From NCBI GenBank assembly GCA_028534125.1, contig CM052832.1, forward strand, positions 24,554,001 through 24,618,000: 64,000 nt of DNA. The letters are read 5' to 3'. The notes below the pieces were generated by a model. That model had not been told where the DNA came from. It saw only the letters and a program-made list of their open reading frames with translations, and did no database searches. Position numbers and translations under genes: made by a program. This DNA comes from Lama glama. Its lineage: Eukaryota. Within the stretch, counting starts at the first letter, position 1, and each line of letters opens with the position of its first letter. Below are positions 37,473 to 48,752 of this stretch, one piece after another.

Positions 37473-39046
37473 TTGTTCAGGCAGAGCTATTAGCGGAATG
37501 ATCTAATGACCATAAACAAGACAGTGTGTGTGGGTGACTTATATTTTAAGAATTATGTTTTAATAAGTGGTGAATTATTGGGGTGTAAATCCAGTATTAA
37601 TTGTCATCAATAATAGATGAAATATATTGAGCGTTTACTGTGAGTACTAAGCTCCACTGCCTCTCCCATTAAGTGAAAGACTAAATTTTATAGTTTGTAA
37701 AAAGAAAAGGAAATAGAATTTTAAAGTGCATTTAGTAAGCGTAAAGAGCTCAGGCGGAATAAGTCTGGTATAACAAAGTATCCCTAAGTACAAGCCCTCC
37801 CCGTTCTGTCACGAATAAAAGAGAAAAATTACAAACCATAAACATGTGCATCCTGTCCCCTCCTCCCCATCTCAGGAGGACTAGTTCTTTGCTTGTCAAG
37901 CCGGCTCTCTTGCTGTAGGATCAGAAAGGTGAATGATGAAGCTGAGATTAGACCAAATTGCCCCTCAAGAGAAATACGGCAGCAAAGCAGGGAAGGACAT
38001 GGGAACAGCCAGGGTCAGGGCCTCTGAGAGGGCATAGGGGGAGATGGGGGACGAGGTGAGGAGTGATTGCCAGGTGAATCGGAACTTGGGGAGGGATGTC
38101 TAAAAGTCGGTTTAGAAAGTCATTCTGTGTGTGGCGCCATCTAGTAAGTGCCACACCCTCCCTGCTCCCCGGCCCTCCATCCCCCCGGGGTCCCCATGCC
38201 TGCTCAGAAAACTTTGGCCAAGCCCTCCCTAAAAACTTGACACCAGCTCTTCCTGGCATCAGATGTATGTTTCCTATAAATGGGACACACATCATGGGAG
38301 ACCAGCCCCCACCTCTACATGGGTTACAGCCACAGACCTTAAATGTCAGCATGTTCACTGTCATGGAGAAATTGGAAGACTTGCTTTAAAAGTTTTGAAT
38401 TTTTAAAACTACACAGTTTAATAAGTAACAGTTTAAGCATCCCTGTCCTCTCACCTTACCCTACCCCTAGCTTCTGTGCATGATTGATTTTCTGAGCTGA
38501 TCCCGTTTCCAGAAAAAGCAAAATCTTCCAAAGAGATTCTTAGTTCCTCATTGGGTAAGATCACTAATAATAGCCAATTATCAATTACTGGAGCCTCAAT
38601 TCGGGCTGTGGGATCTGTTTTGAATAAACGTCCACTCTGTATAAATCAGGGTTTTTAAAGCTGTAAGCGTAGACATTGATCAGCATAGACATGTCAGTGG
38701 CTCTTAGATTGAATATGTTGATAATAATACCCCACATTTGGCTGACAATTGGGAATTTCTCGAGCTGGTGGGAGGTTTGGTGCCTCCCTGAGAAGTAGTG
38801 GAGTGCATCGTGATGCCTGGTGTGGATAACCTGGCCGGTTGCTGTCCATCCTGGAAGAGAGACAGCTCAGGTCACTGGGGAATACAGTGCACCTGTCTTT
38901 AGTGTTCAGTGAGAGTCCTGCGGTTTGGGTACCTGGGCACAGTGGAAGCTGAGAGGGGCTCAGATGGTGATATTATGGCTTGATATCTGACTCTCAGTCG
39001 CTGGGGGATGAAGTCATTCTTTCACACACAGAGAACATCGTATGCC

Positions 39047-39425
39047 TGTGCTGGTCTGCCAGGGACGCTGTGACAAAGCATCACCAACTGAGTGGCTTAA
39101 ACAACAGAGATTTACTCTCTCTCAGCCCTGGAGACTAGAAGTCCAAAATCAAGGTGGCGTCAGGTCCCTGCTCCCTCCGAAGGTGCTAGGGAAGGGTCTG
39201 TTTCAGCCCTTCTGTTCCTTGGCTTGTGGGAGCATAACTCCAGGTCTCCCCTTTTATCAGGACGCCAGCCACATTGGGTCAGAGACCCACCCCACTCTGG
39301 TCTGACCCCGTTTTAACTAATTACATCTGCAATAACCCTAATTCCAGATACAGTCCCATTCTGAGATGTGAGGGGTCAGGGCTTGCAAATGTGAATTTCA
39401 GGGGGACACAATTCGTCCCCTAACA
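39047..39425 (-). mobile_element. ERVL-MaLR solo LTR (MLT1B/C-like)
   Basis: TG...CA termini; 5-bp TSD atgcc/atgct; gtggcttaaacaacagagattta...agaagtccaaaatcaaggtg...aattacatctgcaataaccc...gggggacacaattc. Confidence 0.9.
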
Positions 39426-42400
39426 ATGCTCACAAGTGATGATTTTGAGGGGTCAGGCTGAGTCTGGCAGCCCTTCATTCAACAGAGTCCCATTTTAGGG
39501 AGACGGGTGTCAAGCATTCATTGATTTCAGGGAGCAAGGCCCTCTCGAGTCTGTGATGTAATCTCACACTCCCCTAAGAGCTATTTATGGCCTACAAGCC
39601 TGTGAGCCCTGGAGTGCGCGTGTGCAGAAAAGACAATCAGCCCAACAGGCTTCTGCACCCACTTAAGAGCCCTCACGTGCATCAGTCGCCCTCCCGGAGC
39701 CCCGCGATGCCTTTGACATCTGAAGTGTGTCTGGCATTTTCAGGTAGAGAAACCTTTAAAAAAAAAAAAATGACGTGGATGCCAGTTCCTTACTGCCCCC
39801 CTAAAAGAGCCCAGACACGGAGATCCCGCCGCAGGGACCTGCAGGGATATTTGACCAAAAATAATCAAGCCTCTCAGTTAGCCCGGGATGAGGCTGTAAC
39901 GCCTGCTGCCTCGTAAAATTTAAGAATTATTGAGCTTAAGTTTTTATGTTCTTAGTCCGCCTGGCGTGCAGGAGACACCCACTGAAGGTCTGTGAACAGA
40001 TGAGAAATGGGGTCTCAGTCCCCTGGTCTGGATCCTGCGTTGGTCCCCTTTCTCCTGGCCTCTCTTCTAAGAAGGGTGGACCCGATTTGTTGTTCCCAGG
40101 GCTGCATTGCACCCTGCGCACAATCTAGGCCTATTGGGGTGCTCACAAGTCAGGGATGGGTGCCTGGATTGCATCCTGAATGAAGTCGGAGAAGCACACG
40201 TCCCAGCTTGTCGGAAATCCTGCCGCCCAGCCAGCGCACACCTTTGGAAAGCAGAGACCTTCCGCTCCCCACCAGGGGGACGTGCATCGCCCATGCTGGC
40301 CTTCCTGTGTTTTCTGACTTTGTTCCTTTTTCCTGTTTTCCCTTCCTCCCTCTTTTCTTACTTCCTAAGCCAGTTATTAAGTATATCCCTGTCTCGAGGA
40401 GCTCGTCCGAAATGACCCATCTCTATCTGCCCGTGAATTTGTGGGCACAGGTACTGCTTGCCTTCCCTTTGAGGATGCTGGGAGCACTCGTGTAAGTGAA
40501 TGGATGACTTAATGAGTTAAACAGTTTTGAAATGAGACGGCTAGGTCCCTAGCCTAGAAGACAGGTATTTCTGGGTACAGTTTTCATCTTTCAAGGATGT
40601 CTACAGTTGTCTGTGCACAGTAACTTCCTTGAGTGAGCGTAGTGACAGTCTGACAGTGCTTTTAAATTGAACAATTCGAAAGACAAGTTATTTTGAGACC
40701 GAAAAGGAAAATTTAGTGTCAACATCTGGTTGAGAGAGGAGGAAAAAGAAAGAAGTGATTTCAGAGGCTGCCCACTATTAGCCAAGGGGCAGAAAACACC
40801 AAAAAGCATTCTTAAGAAATGAATTTTCGTATCCTTGATTTTTAAGAAATGAAGGGACTCACTGGGAAAAGGTATAGCTTTTTAATGAAAAGGACACTAA
40901 TACTTTGGTGTGATGAATTTTTTCCCCTTAGAGGAAACTCGGTGTGTGTGGGTCTCCCTCTCACCTTCTCCTCCTCACCCCAGAGGCCCCACGTCGGCGC
41001 TCTCCTTCGCGTCACTGCAAAGTGCGTTTTTCTTGGAGGCGGGCCCTGTGGTCGGTTTAACCTGCAGTCTATTCAGAGTCATAAAAAATTGGCCGATCGA
41101 TAATGAGTTCTGCCGGATTAAGTGAAAGCCTGTGGGTAGACCGACTCGTCCAAACACAATCCCCGTCGACCCCAAGCGAATATCCCTTTCCATTTCAGAT
41201 ATGCTGTGGGCACAGAGGAAGGATTTAGTCCAAAGTGCCTTGGGCTTTTGTTCAGTCCAGGGTGTAATTTTTTCCTCCTTTGCCTGTAGCCATTTCCCTG
41301 ACATTACTGAAAGGACTTTTTTCCCTAATGAAGCGTGAAAATTGATTGTATCTTGCCAGGAGAGTTCTTCCTAAGTCTGAGGATATTGAAGATTTCATGA
41401 GAACCACATGAAGAATCTCTTCCTGAATCATTTACATTTTCCCCTTTTGTAGACTTATGTAACCATGCAGAAAATCTAATAATAAGTGTGCTATTAGTGT
41501 ACCATGTGCCGTCCCGCAGACAGCTGTGCCATGGGGGCGGGAAACGCCAGTGCCCAGGTTTGTGGATGGCATTAAATCGCACAGTGTCTGAAGCAAAACC
41601 CTGTTGGAAACTCTGTAGCTAATTGGACAGAGAGTCCATTTTTATCAGGCTTTTTTTTTTTTCTTTCTGTCCCTATTCAGTCTTTTTTTCTTGTAGCAGA
41701 AGGAAACACAGAGGCCATGGAGCAGATTCACAGTGGAGTGCATTTTCCAAAGCAAATAGCTTGAACTATTTTGATTCTCAAGTCAATGTTGGTCTGACAT
41801 GGGTGATGCCAGCTTATATCAGAACAGGGTACAGATGGCTAAATTTGGGGTAGAGAGAGCCCTTTCGTTATTAACAATTACAGAAGGGCAAGAAATAGGG
41901 GAAAAAACAAAGATACAGACATCATTATCATGGGAATTTACCCAGCATTTATGTACAAATCACAAGGAGTTCATACTGCCCAGCCTTTACTCACGATCTA
42001 AAATTGAATGAAGGGTTCATCCAGGTCCCCAGAAACTCGCGTGGTATCAGGAATGAAGAATTTGTCAATCCTGCTGTTTTTGCAAGCAGGCACGGGAGGG
42101 ACATTCTGGGGGGCTATGGATACATGTTCACATCTGTAGTAGATAAAGGAGTTGCAGAATTGTTGACAGCTGTTTCCTCAGAGACACTTTTCCTGCAGAT
42201 ATTTGCTTTGGACCCTAAGCAACAGGGCTAAAAGTTTAACTATTTGTGCTTGAAAAAGAAAAGGAGTTTTCTGTTGAAGACGGCTCAGTCATGGGAATCG
42301 GTGGAGTCGAGCCTGGACGAGAACGCATCCTTTCCGAATCCTTCCTGAGAGTCCAGAGCTTTCCTTAGCACGCCTCTCTCTCTGGTCTTCTTTTGATGTG

Positions 42401-43319
42401 GTCTTGGAGTCTGAGCACATCTGGGCTCTGTGTGCTGGGGCGGGCGACTGTCCTGGCTTGGTCTAGCTCTTCTCATCGTCTGTCCTCTGTGGCACTTCTG
42501 CCAAGTCACCAGGTACGTGGGGAACCGGGGGTGGGGTGGTGGGTGCCTTTTCTCTGCCAGCCCAAGAGGTGTTCTTCTGAAGCAAAGTTGGCAGGGGATG
42601 CCTTTTCGCATTTCTGCGAAATTCATTTTCTGCAGCTCTGGCTAATGCCATGCTCTCCTGTTTCCCTTGGAAAAACAGGAGCAAACATGCAGGTTCCACC
42701 AAAGGTATTATATGTTGAACAGATGTATCTCTCTTCTTTCAGAGTTTCTCCTTCAACAGTATCCCCAGAACATTTGCGTGCGGGGGTTTCCTCCTTCTAT
42801 CCCGGCCGGCCGCAGCTTATCTCCACGTTAGACAGAGGTGGGAGGCGCTGGTCTGCGGGGCACACTTACCCTCCAGCCCTCCCAGCATCCTTTCAACAGC
42901 GCTAACCCGGAGCAGTGTGCCACTGTTGATGCATCGCCATTTATACCTTTTGAGACATTTTCTCTTTAATTGATGCTCAGTTGGACCTATGATATTTCAT
43001 TAAGGTCCAGAGGTGCTCATTAAAACCAGCATCGGAGAGCGTGCTAGCAGGGCCTCATCGCCGTGAATCCAGGAAAGGGCTCTGTGGAACTTATTATAGA
43101 TGGCATTTATAGCTTGTGAAATTAACAGATTAGTGTTGTGCTGAACCATTTTCAGGTTAATCAGTTGTGGGAAACCAGATTTAATGTTTAAGCTGACCCG
43201 AACTAGGGTTTTACAGTAAGAAAAGTTGTTAAGCTACTCTTGCTTCTGATAAACCTGTGGCTTGCTAATTGACTGTACTCTGCGATTTTGCACTTAACTG
43301 AATATGATTTTGTCCTCTA

Positions 43320-43476
43320 ATTTTGTTATCTGTGAGCCTTATTTTTTTCCAACTGGATTGTAAACTCCTTCTTAACAGGGATACCATCTCTTTTTTTTGG
43401 ACCTGTCCCCATCCTGAAAGCTTCTGGTACAGATCTGGGTGCAGAGCTGCTAAGGAACTTGTTTATTGAGCGATTG
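43320..43476 (+). mobile_element. L2 3' end
   Basis: ccaactggattgtaaactcctt...cagggataccatctc...acttgtttattga. Confidence 0.55.
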
Positions 43477-45589
43477 CTATATTGTTAGACTGTCGTTACA
43501 ATGTTATCACATGGTTTATGTCATCATGATTCATGTGCAGTGTTGTGTCTATAGAAAAACACTGGTATTACATATTGACGCATAACTAGGTTGTTATAAG
43601 CAATAGGAAGAACACTACAAAGTTCACATGGATGTTGAGGGGGTAAACAGGTCTAACCTGCGTGTGATGCCATTAACCTGATAAAGGTATGGCATCCAAA
43701 CCGCCTCCTGGAATGGGCTGGATTCTTCCACCAAGAAATGTGGGTGGAACGGATCAAAAGGTCTATTTGCTATTTACCTTTCACTTGGCTCTTGCTAATA
43801 ATTGCCTTTTGCTGGTGCACATTAACATGTCCATGAGGCAGACAGAAAATGAGATAGGTAACAATTGGATAAATGGAAAAACGAAGGCACAAACAAGAAA
43901 TGTTAAATCATTTTCAAGCGGTACCCGGATCATCTGTAAGTAAAACCCTACTATCAAGCCATAGTGGACATAAGAATACAGGTGATGGTTGCAGACTCCC
44001 AGCCTTAAACAGAGACATGCTCAGGTAGCAAGACCAGAACATCCCCTTGGACCTCTTGTCAAGCCTCATATCACGTGCCTCCTTTCTGCCATAGAAAGCT
44101 CTCATCCCTACCTTCTCCACTCTACGCCAGCCACATTTTCAGGCTCTTGGCTATTAATACTACTGTAAAGGAGTCAGTGGATTGTGTACATGGGCTCTCA
44201 GCATCTCAGAAATGACAATTCCTGCCAGCCATTGCCAAGTGGAAGCCACTTTCTCCATTTGACAGGTCTGGGGCTAGATGTTTGATGGGTTAAATGGAGT
44301 TACTGCATTTCTGTGTTGGAGGGATTTACCTGTTTGCAGTCCTTCCTAGCTCACCTGTCTGTTCCACCTGTGAGGTCCTCGCCTGTTCTCTCTCAGCCTC
44401 TTTTCCATTCTCTTCTTTCTCTCCAGATCTTCTGCTTCTTTTAGTTGCCTTCTCTTCTGTCTCATTGGTCTGGCCCCGGGTCTGATGAGACCAAGGATGT
44501 GGGAGGATTCAGGCTCCATGCCAACCTTTCTTCCAAAGCAGTCTTCTTCTTGGCATCCACTGAGATGCTCAACTTTCTGTTTTCCTAATATTCCTTCCAG
44601 TTTTATAAAAGAGAAGTAGGTCGGCTATGCAAAATGCCTTGACTGGTTGATTTTAAGAAAATGTGATTTTGAAAAAGTCTCTCAACAACATTGCATAGGC
44701 TTATTGACTCTGGGTCTGCCCTGGATTTAATCAGTTACTACATTACAGAAATTTTGCCATGTCACTTGGTCCAGTAGAGAAAGGAGTCAAAGAAATGTGT
44801 GAATTTCTGGGACCTTTTTAGACACCTGGGATTAAACCAAATTAAAACACTTTTATCAAATCAGTTTAAATATTAGTATTTCTCGTAACGGATCAGCATA
44901 TCGTATGACTTTTGTTATCACATTTCCTCTTATCTGACCAGCTGAAATGGGACTAGCACTAATTAGAAATACAAACATCTGCAAAGATCGTTAAGTCCTT
45001 TTGGCACAATAAGTCTTCACTTATTCACGTGCTTAGAGAAAGCCAAAAACATAAAAGGAATATACCTACATCATTTTTAGTTCCTGTATTAGCTCATGTT
45101 TAGCACATATAGGTGCTTGGGTAGATACGCATTTTTAATTAAAATATTTGTGTGCAGTTGGGTATTTTTTAAGTGATTATGGTTCCTTCTTGTAAATAAA
45201 TAAAATGTTATTCTTAGAGTACCGTTTATACCATTCGTTTGCCTTGCAAAACTGTTCTTTCTAGGTAGTGTGAAAGCAAACTGAGCCCAGTTCATTCAAA
45301 TTTATTGCCTTTCCCTGATTTCTGAGGCTCTGGGTTGTCAGCTCCCAGCCTCAAGGACTGTGCGTTACCCACCAGCACATCCCCAAGCCTGCCTCCTAGA
45401 ATGAGTCCCGCTGCTTAGGCCTCAACTGGTATTTGCTGATTGATTAAGATTTAGCTCCATTAATTTATATACCAAAACTACTTACCAAATGCTTTTGACA
45501 GTTACAAACTTTTTCCAGTTTTATTTTGTCCTTTAACTAGTGTAAAAAAAATAGTTGATTCCATCCTGTAATTCAAATCACACTAAGTG

Positions 45590-45855
45590 AAAGAAAAGTA
45601 GAATTTAGAATTATATATTCAGAATTGTTCTAATTCTGTAAATATACATAAATAAATGATAGCTTTAAGTATACGTTATATACAGTATGTCATATATTAC
45701 ACATAGATTACATGTTTTATATATACACACGCCCCAAAATAATCAAAATATAGATAATGAATATAGCAGGTTGGTGGAATTATGGAGTTTTTTGAAATTT
45801 CTATATTTCCAAATGTAAGCATATTTTATTTTTATGTTGGAAAAAATAAATATTT
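45590..45855 (+). mobile_element. Old L1 (L1M-type) 3' fragment
   Basis: AT-rich; ggttggtggaattatggagttttt...ctatatttccaaatgtaagcatattttattttta...aaaaaataaa. Confidence 0.45.
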
Positions 45856-46249
45856 TAGTCCTACATTACAAATACTAGTTTTGATGATAACCTAGACATC
45901 TGGGGGAAAAAACAACACTTATTTCTTCTCTCATGGTTGTCTCAACTTTTCCTAAGACCATCTTTGTTTGCTAGTTCTTTTTATTACATTACTCAGTTTT
46001 TACTGTTTGCTCTTGAAACTTTATAAAACCAAGGGGAAAGCAATTTTAGTAGCTCCTCCACTACTAACTGCTAAGCTTTTGTAGTTTAGTATGACTCTGC
46101 TGCCCCATGGCTCTTGCCTATTCTGTTCTGTAATAGAGCTGTACCTTTCAGAGCTCTGATTGTCATTAGGGAATCAAAGAGTGGACCCAAATGAAAAACA
46201 GTTGCATTGAAAGAAATATGTCCAGAGTGGGTGGAGGTGCAAGGGGTTC

Positions 46250-46470
46250 ACGTGGAAAGAACAGCTCCTGCTGAACTTGACGGTGGAAGCAGCAGTCCTG
46301 CCGTCCTCCGTCTGGGTTGCCTGGAACATATCATTTAACCTTCTGCATCTGTTCTCTTTTCTGGACCTTATAGTATTCATAATACCCACCTTGTGCAGGA
46401 TTCCTGGGAGGAACAAATCAGATAATGATGCAAATGAAAGTGCTTTGAATGAACATCATGGCATTATTAT
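46250..46470 (+). mobile_element. MIR SINE
   Basis: gtggaaagaacag...tcatttaaccttctg...ataatacccacc...gggaggaacaaatcagataat...tgaaagtgctttg. Confidence 0.65.
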
Positions 46471-48041
46471 CGCCACTAGTGTTATTCCCCCATCTAAAAA
46501 GGCAGAAGAGGTAAGATGCACAGGGGTTCTTTATCTTGGCACAGGAGCCAGGGAAATGCAGGTTTTTTTCTGCTTTGCCTTCCAGCATGACGAGTCAGAA
46601 GGTAAATATCAATATTGCTCTTCATAACTAATAGCCTCATAGTTTATGACACATGATTTCTTGGTTTACGTTAGTATTTCAGAGACGATTATACACAGCA
46701 ATCGTTCTTTGCGGAGGTAGAGAAAAATTTTCTGAGGCAAATAGTCTCAAGTCAAGGACTCAGCCCTAGTGGAATGAAACAAAGAAGGGAAGTCTGTCTG
46801 TAAGGTAAGCTAGCATTTAAGCAGATGCTGGAGATATCAGAGACGCTTGTGAACAGCAAAGGGTATTGAAAACGGATGTCCTTTGGTACATCTTTAAATG
46901 TCTGTAATTGCTCAGAAGCCAAGAGTGAAACCATAGATGTGTGCTGGTGTGAGAGGTTAACCCCATCTATAGGCATTCTCCAAGTAAATCTAATTGATCA
47001 CATCACACAGGGCAAGATTATGATTCTGCTACTCCACGGCTCATGGCTTTTATTTGCAAGGATGCACACTGTCCTTCCAAATTTTGGGTCATAACTAGAG
47101 GGCAAAAGAACCTCTGTTGGATACTGGGTTTATTTGTTCATGCGGGGGGTGGGCAGAGAAGTGACCGGAGGGGGGAACAGAACAGGGGAAAACCACGTTG
47201 CCCATCCCCCGTTACCATTTTCATTTTGAATTGTTAGGGGAAAAAAACAGGTGTTTTAGAAGACTAGGTAGCTGATTTGAAGTTACTATAACATAAAGGG
47301 GAAAAGCTTCCTTCTATTTTTTAATGGCCATAGAGTGATTTGTGGAAGTGAGGATGGTAGGGGTGGGGGCATGGGGGTGCCTCAGGTAGAGGCAGTTAGT
47401 TTATTTTTTCTCGGTAATTGGATGTAGTGAGTTTTGTCAGTTTAGTAAAATCCATTCGTTTCAGTCTTATTCTGTAAAAGCATCTGGGAGTGTATTTTAT
47501 GGCTGGAGTATATCGATTACTTTGCATACATATTGGAAATAAAGAACTTTTTAACATTTCAGATACTGACTCATCCCCTAAATTTGAAAATCTCCATTTA
47601 GCACTCTCTAAAACATCAGTGCAAATTAGCATCATTTTATAGATTTATGGACTAAAATGCCGATTAAGACACGAGCCAGCTAATGAACATAACAGGAGAG
47701 AAAAATTTCTCATCTATTCATTACTAGGCCTCTTTACATTTTTTTATTGTTTAATATCTTACTCCTTGAGTATGTGTGATTTGGGATTAAATGTGCCAGT
47801 TGGAAGACCTTGGAGGTTCAGAAATTCAAAGACATGTGAAATATAAAACTATATTCATTTAACAGATACTGATGGGCATATAAAATAGAACTGCCATCAT
47901 CTATCTTTAGAAGTAGAAGATTAAACAGAAGTGTAATTAATTCGCCGACTCTGCTTCCCTGATTGAGACATTTATCAATGTTGATCTTTACTCATTAGTT
48001 TCCTTATCTGTAAAATAAAGTCTATTATGACCTCTAAGGTC

Positions 48042-48551
48042 TGTTTGTAACAGGATTAGGTGTAGTTTCATGCCAACTGCTCCCCCCACTCCCCCCACTC
48101 CCCCCACTCCTACACACACAGAGGCTAAGAAAATTAGACATTTATTTTTTTCTCACATACAAGAGGTTGGAAGGTGTAGGATTCCAGGGCAGATATGGCA
48201 GCTAACCAGCTCAGGGATCCAATCCTGTCTTTGCTGTTTTGCCATCTGTAGTATATCTCTCAGGTACAGAATGGCTGCTTAAGGTCCAGCGTTCACATTA
48301 GCATTCCAGAAAGCAGGAAGAAGGAGGGGAGAAGGCCTAGCCATTTTTCCAAAGGTGCTTGCAAGAGGTACCATACCACGTGTTTGTTTACTTCAGGTCA
48401 GCCAGGATTTAGTCTCAGGATACCTAGCTGCAAAGGGAGATGAGGATCATGCCTTTCAGCTGGACAGCGATGTGTCCAGTTCAAAATCAAGGCCTGTACT
48501 TCTAAGGAAAAGAGGGAGAATGGATACTGGGGTAAGCAAGGATTAGTCACA
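48042..48551 (-). mobile_element. ERVL-MaLR solo LTR (MLT1J-like)
   Basis: tttattttttctcacat...aatggctgct...cattccagaaagcaggaagaagg...cctagctgcaaagggag...gagaatggatactggggta. Confidence 0.75.
48080..48106. repeat. (CTCCCCCCA)3 tandem repeat
   Basis: Three perfect 9-mers. Confidence 0.9.
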
Positions 48552-48736
48552 AATTTTGAGCTCAATAAAGGCATGATCTCATATTTCTGGGAAAATCTGA
48601 CCTGTGCAATCAAGTCTGAATGTATACTAAGCATATACCAGCCAGGCAACTTGAACTATATGCCTTCATGAGCTCCGCCCCTCGTTTAGACCTGTGATTG
48701 TATTTCTAGGCCTAGATCAAACTCCTTCAGTTGATT

Positions 48737-48752
48737 TGTGTGTGTGTGTGTG
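48737..48752. repeat. (TG)8 microsatellite
   Basis: Directly visible. Confidence 0.9.

Noticed and set aside
42004..42231. ORF containing ILGGYGYM, similar to an acyl-CoA dehydrogenase motif
   Set aside because: The flanking residues do not resemble ACADs, and there is no exon or retrocopy structure. Judged coincidental.
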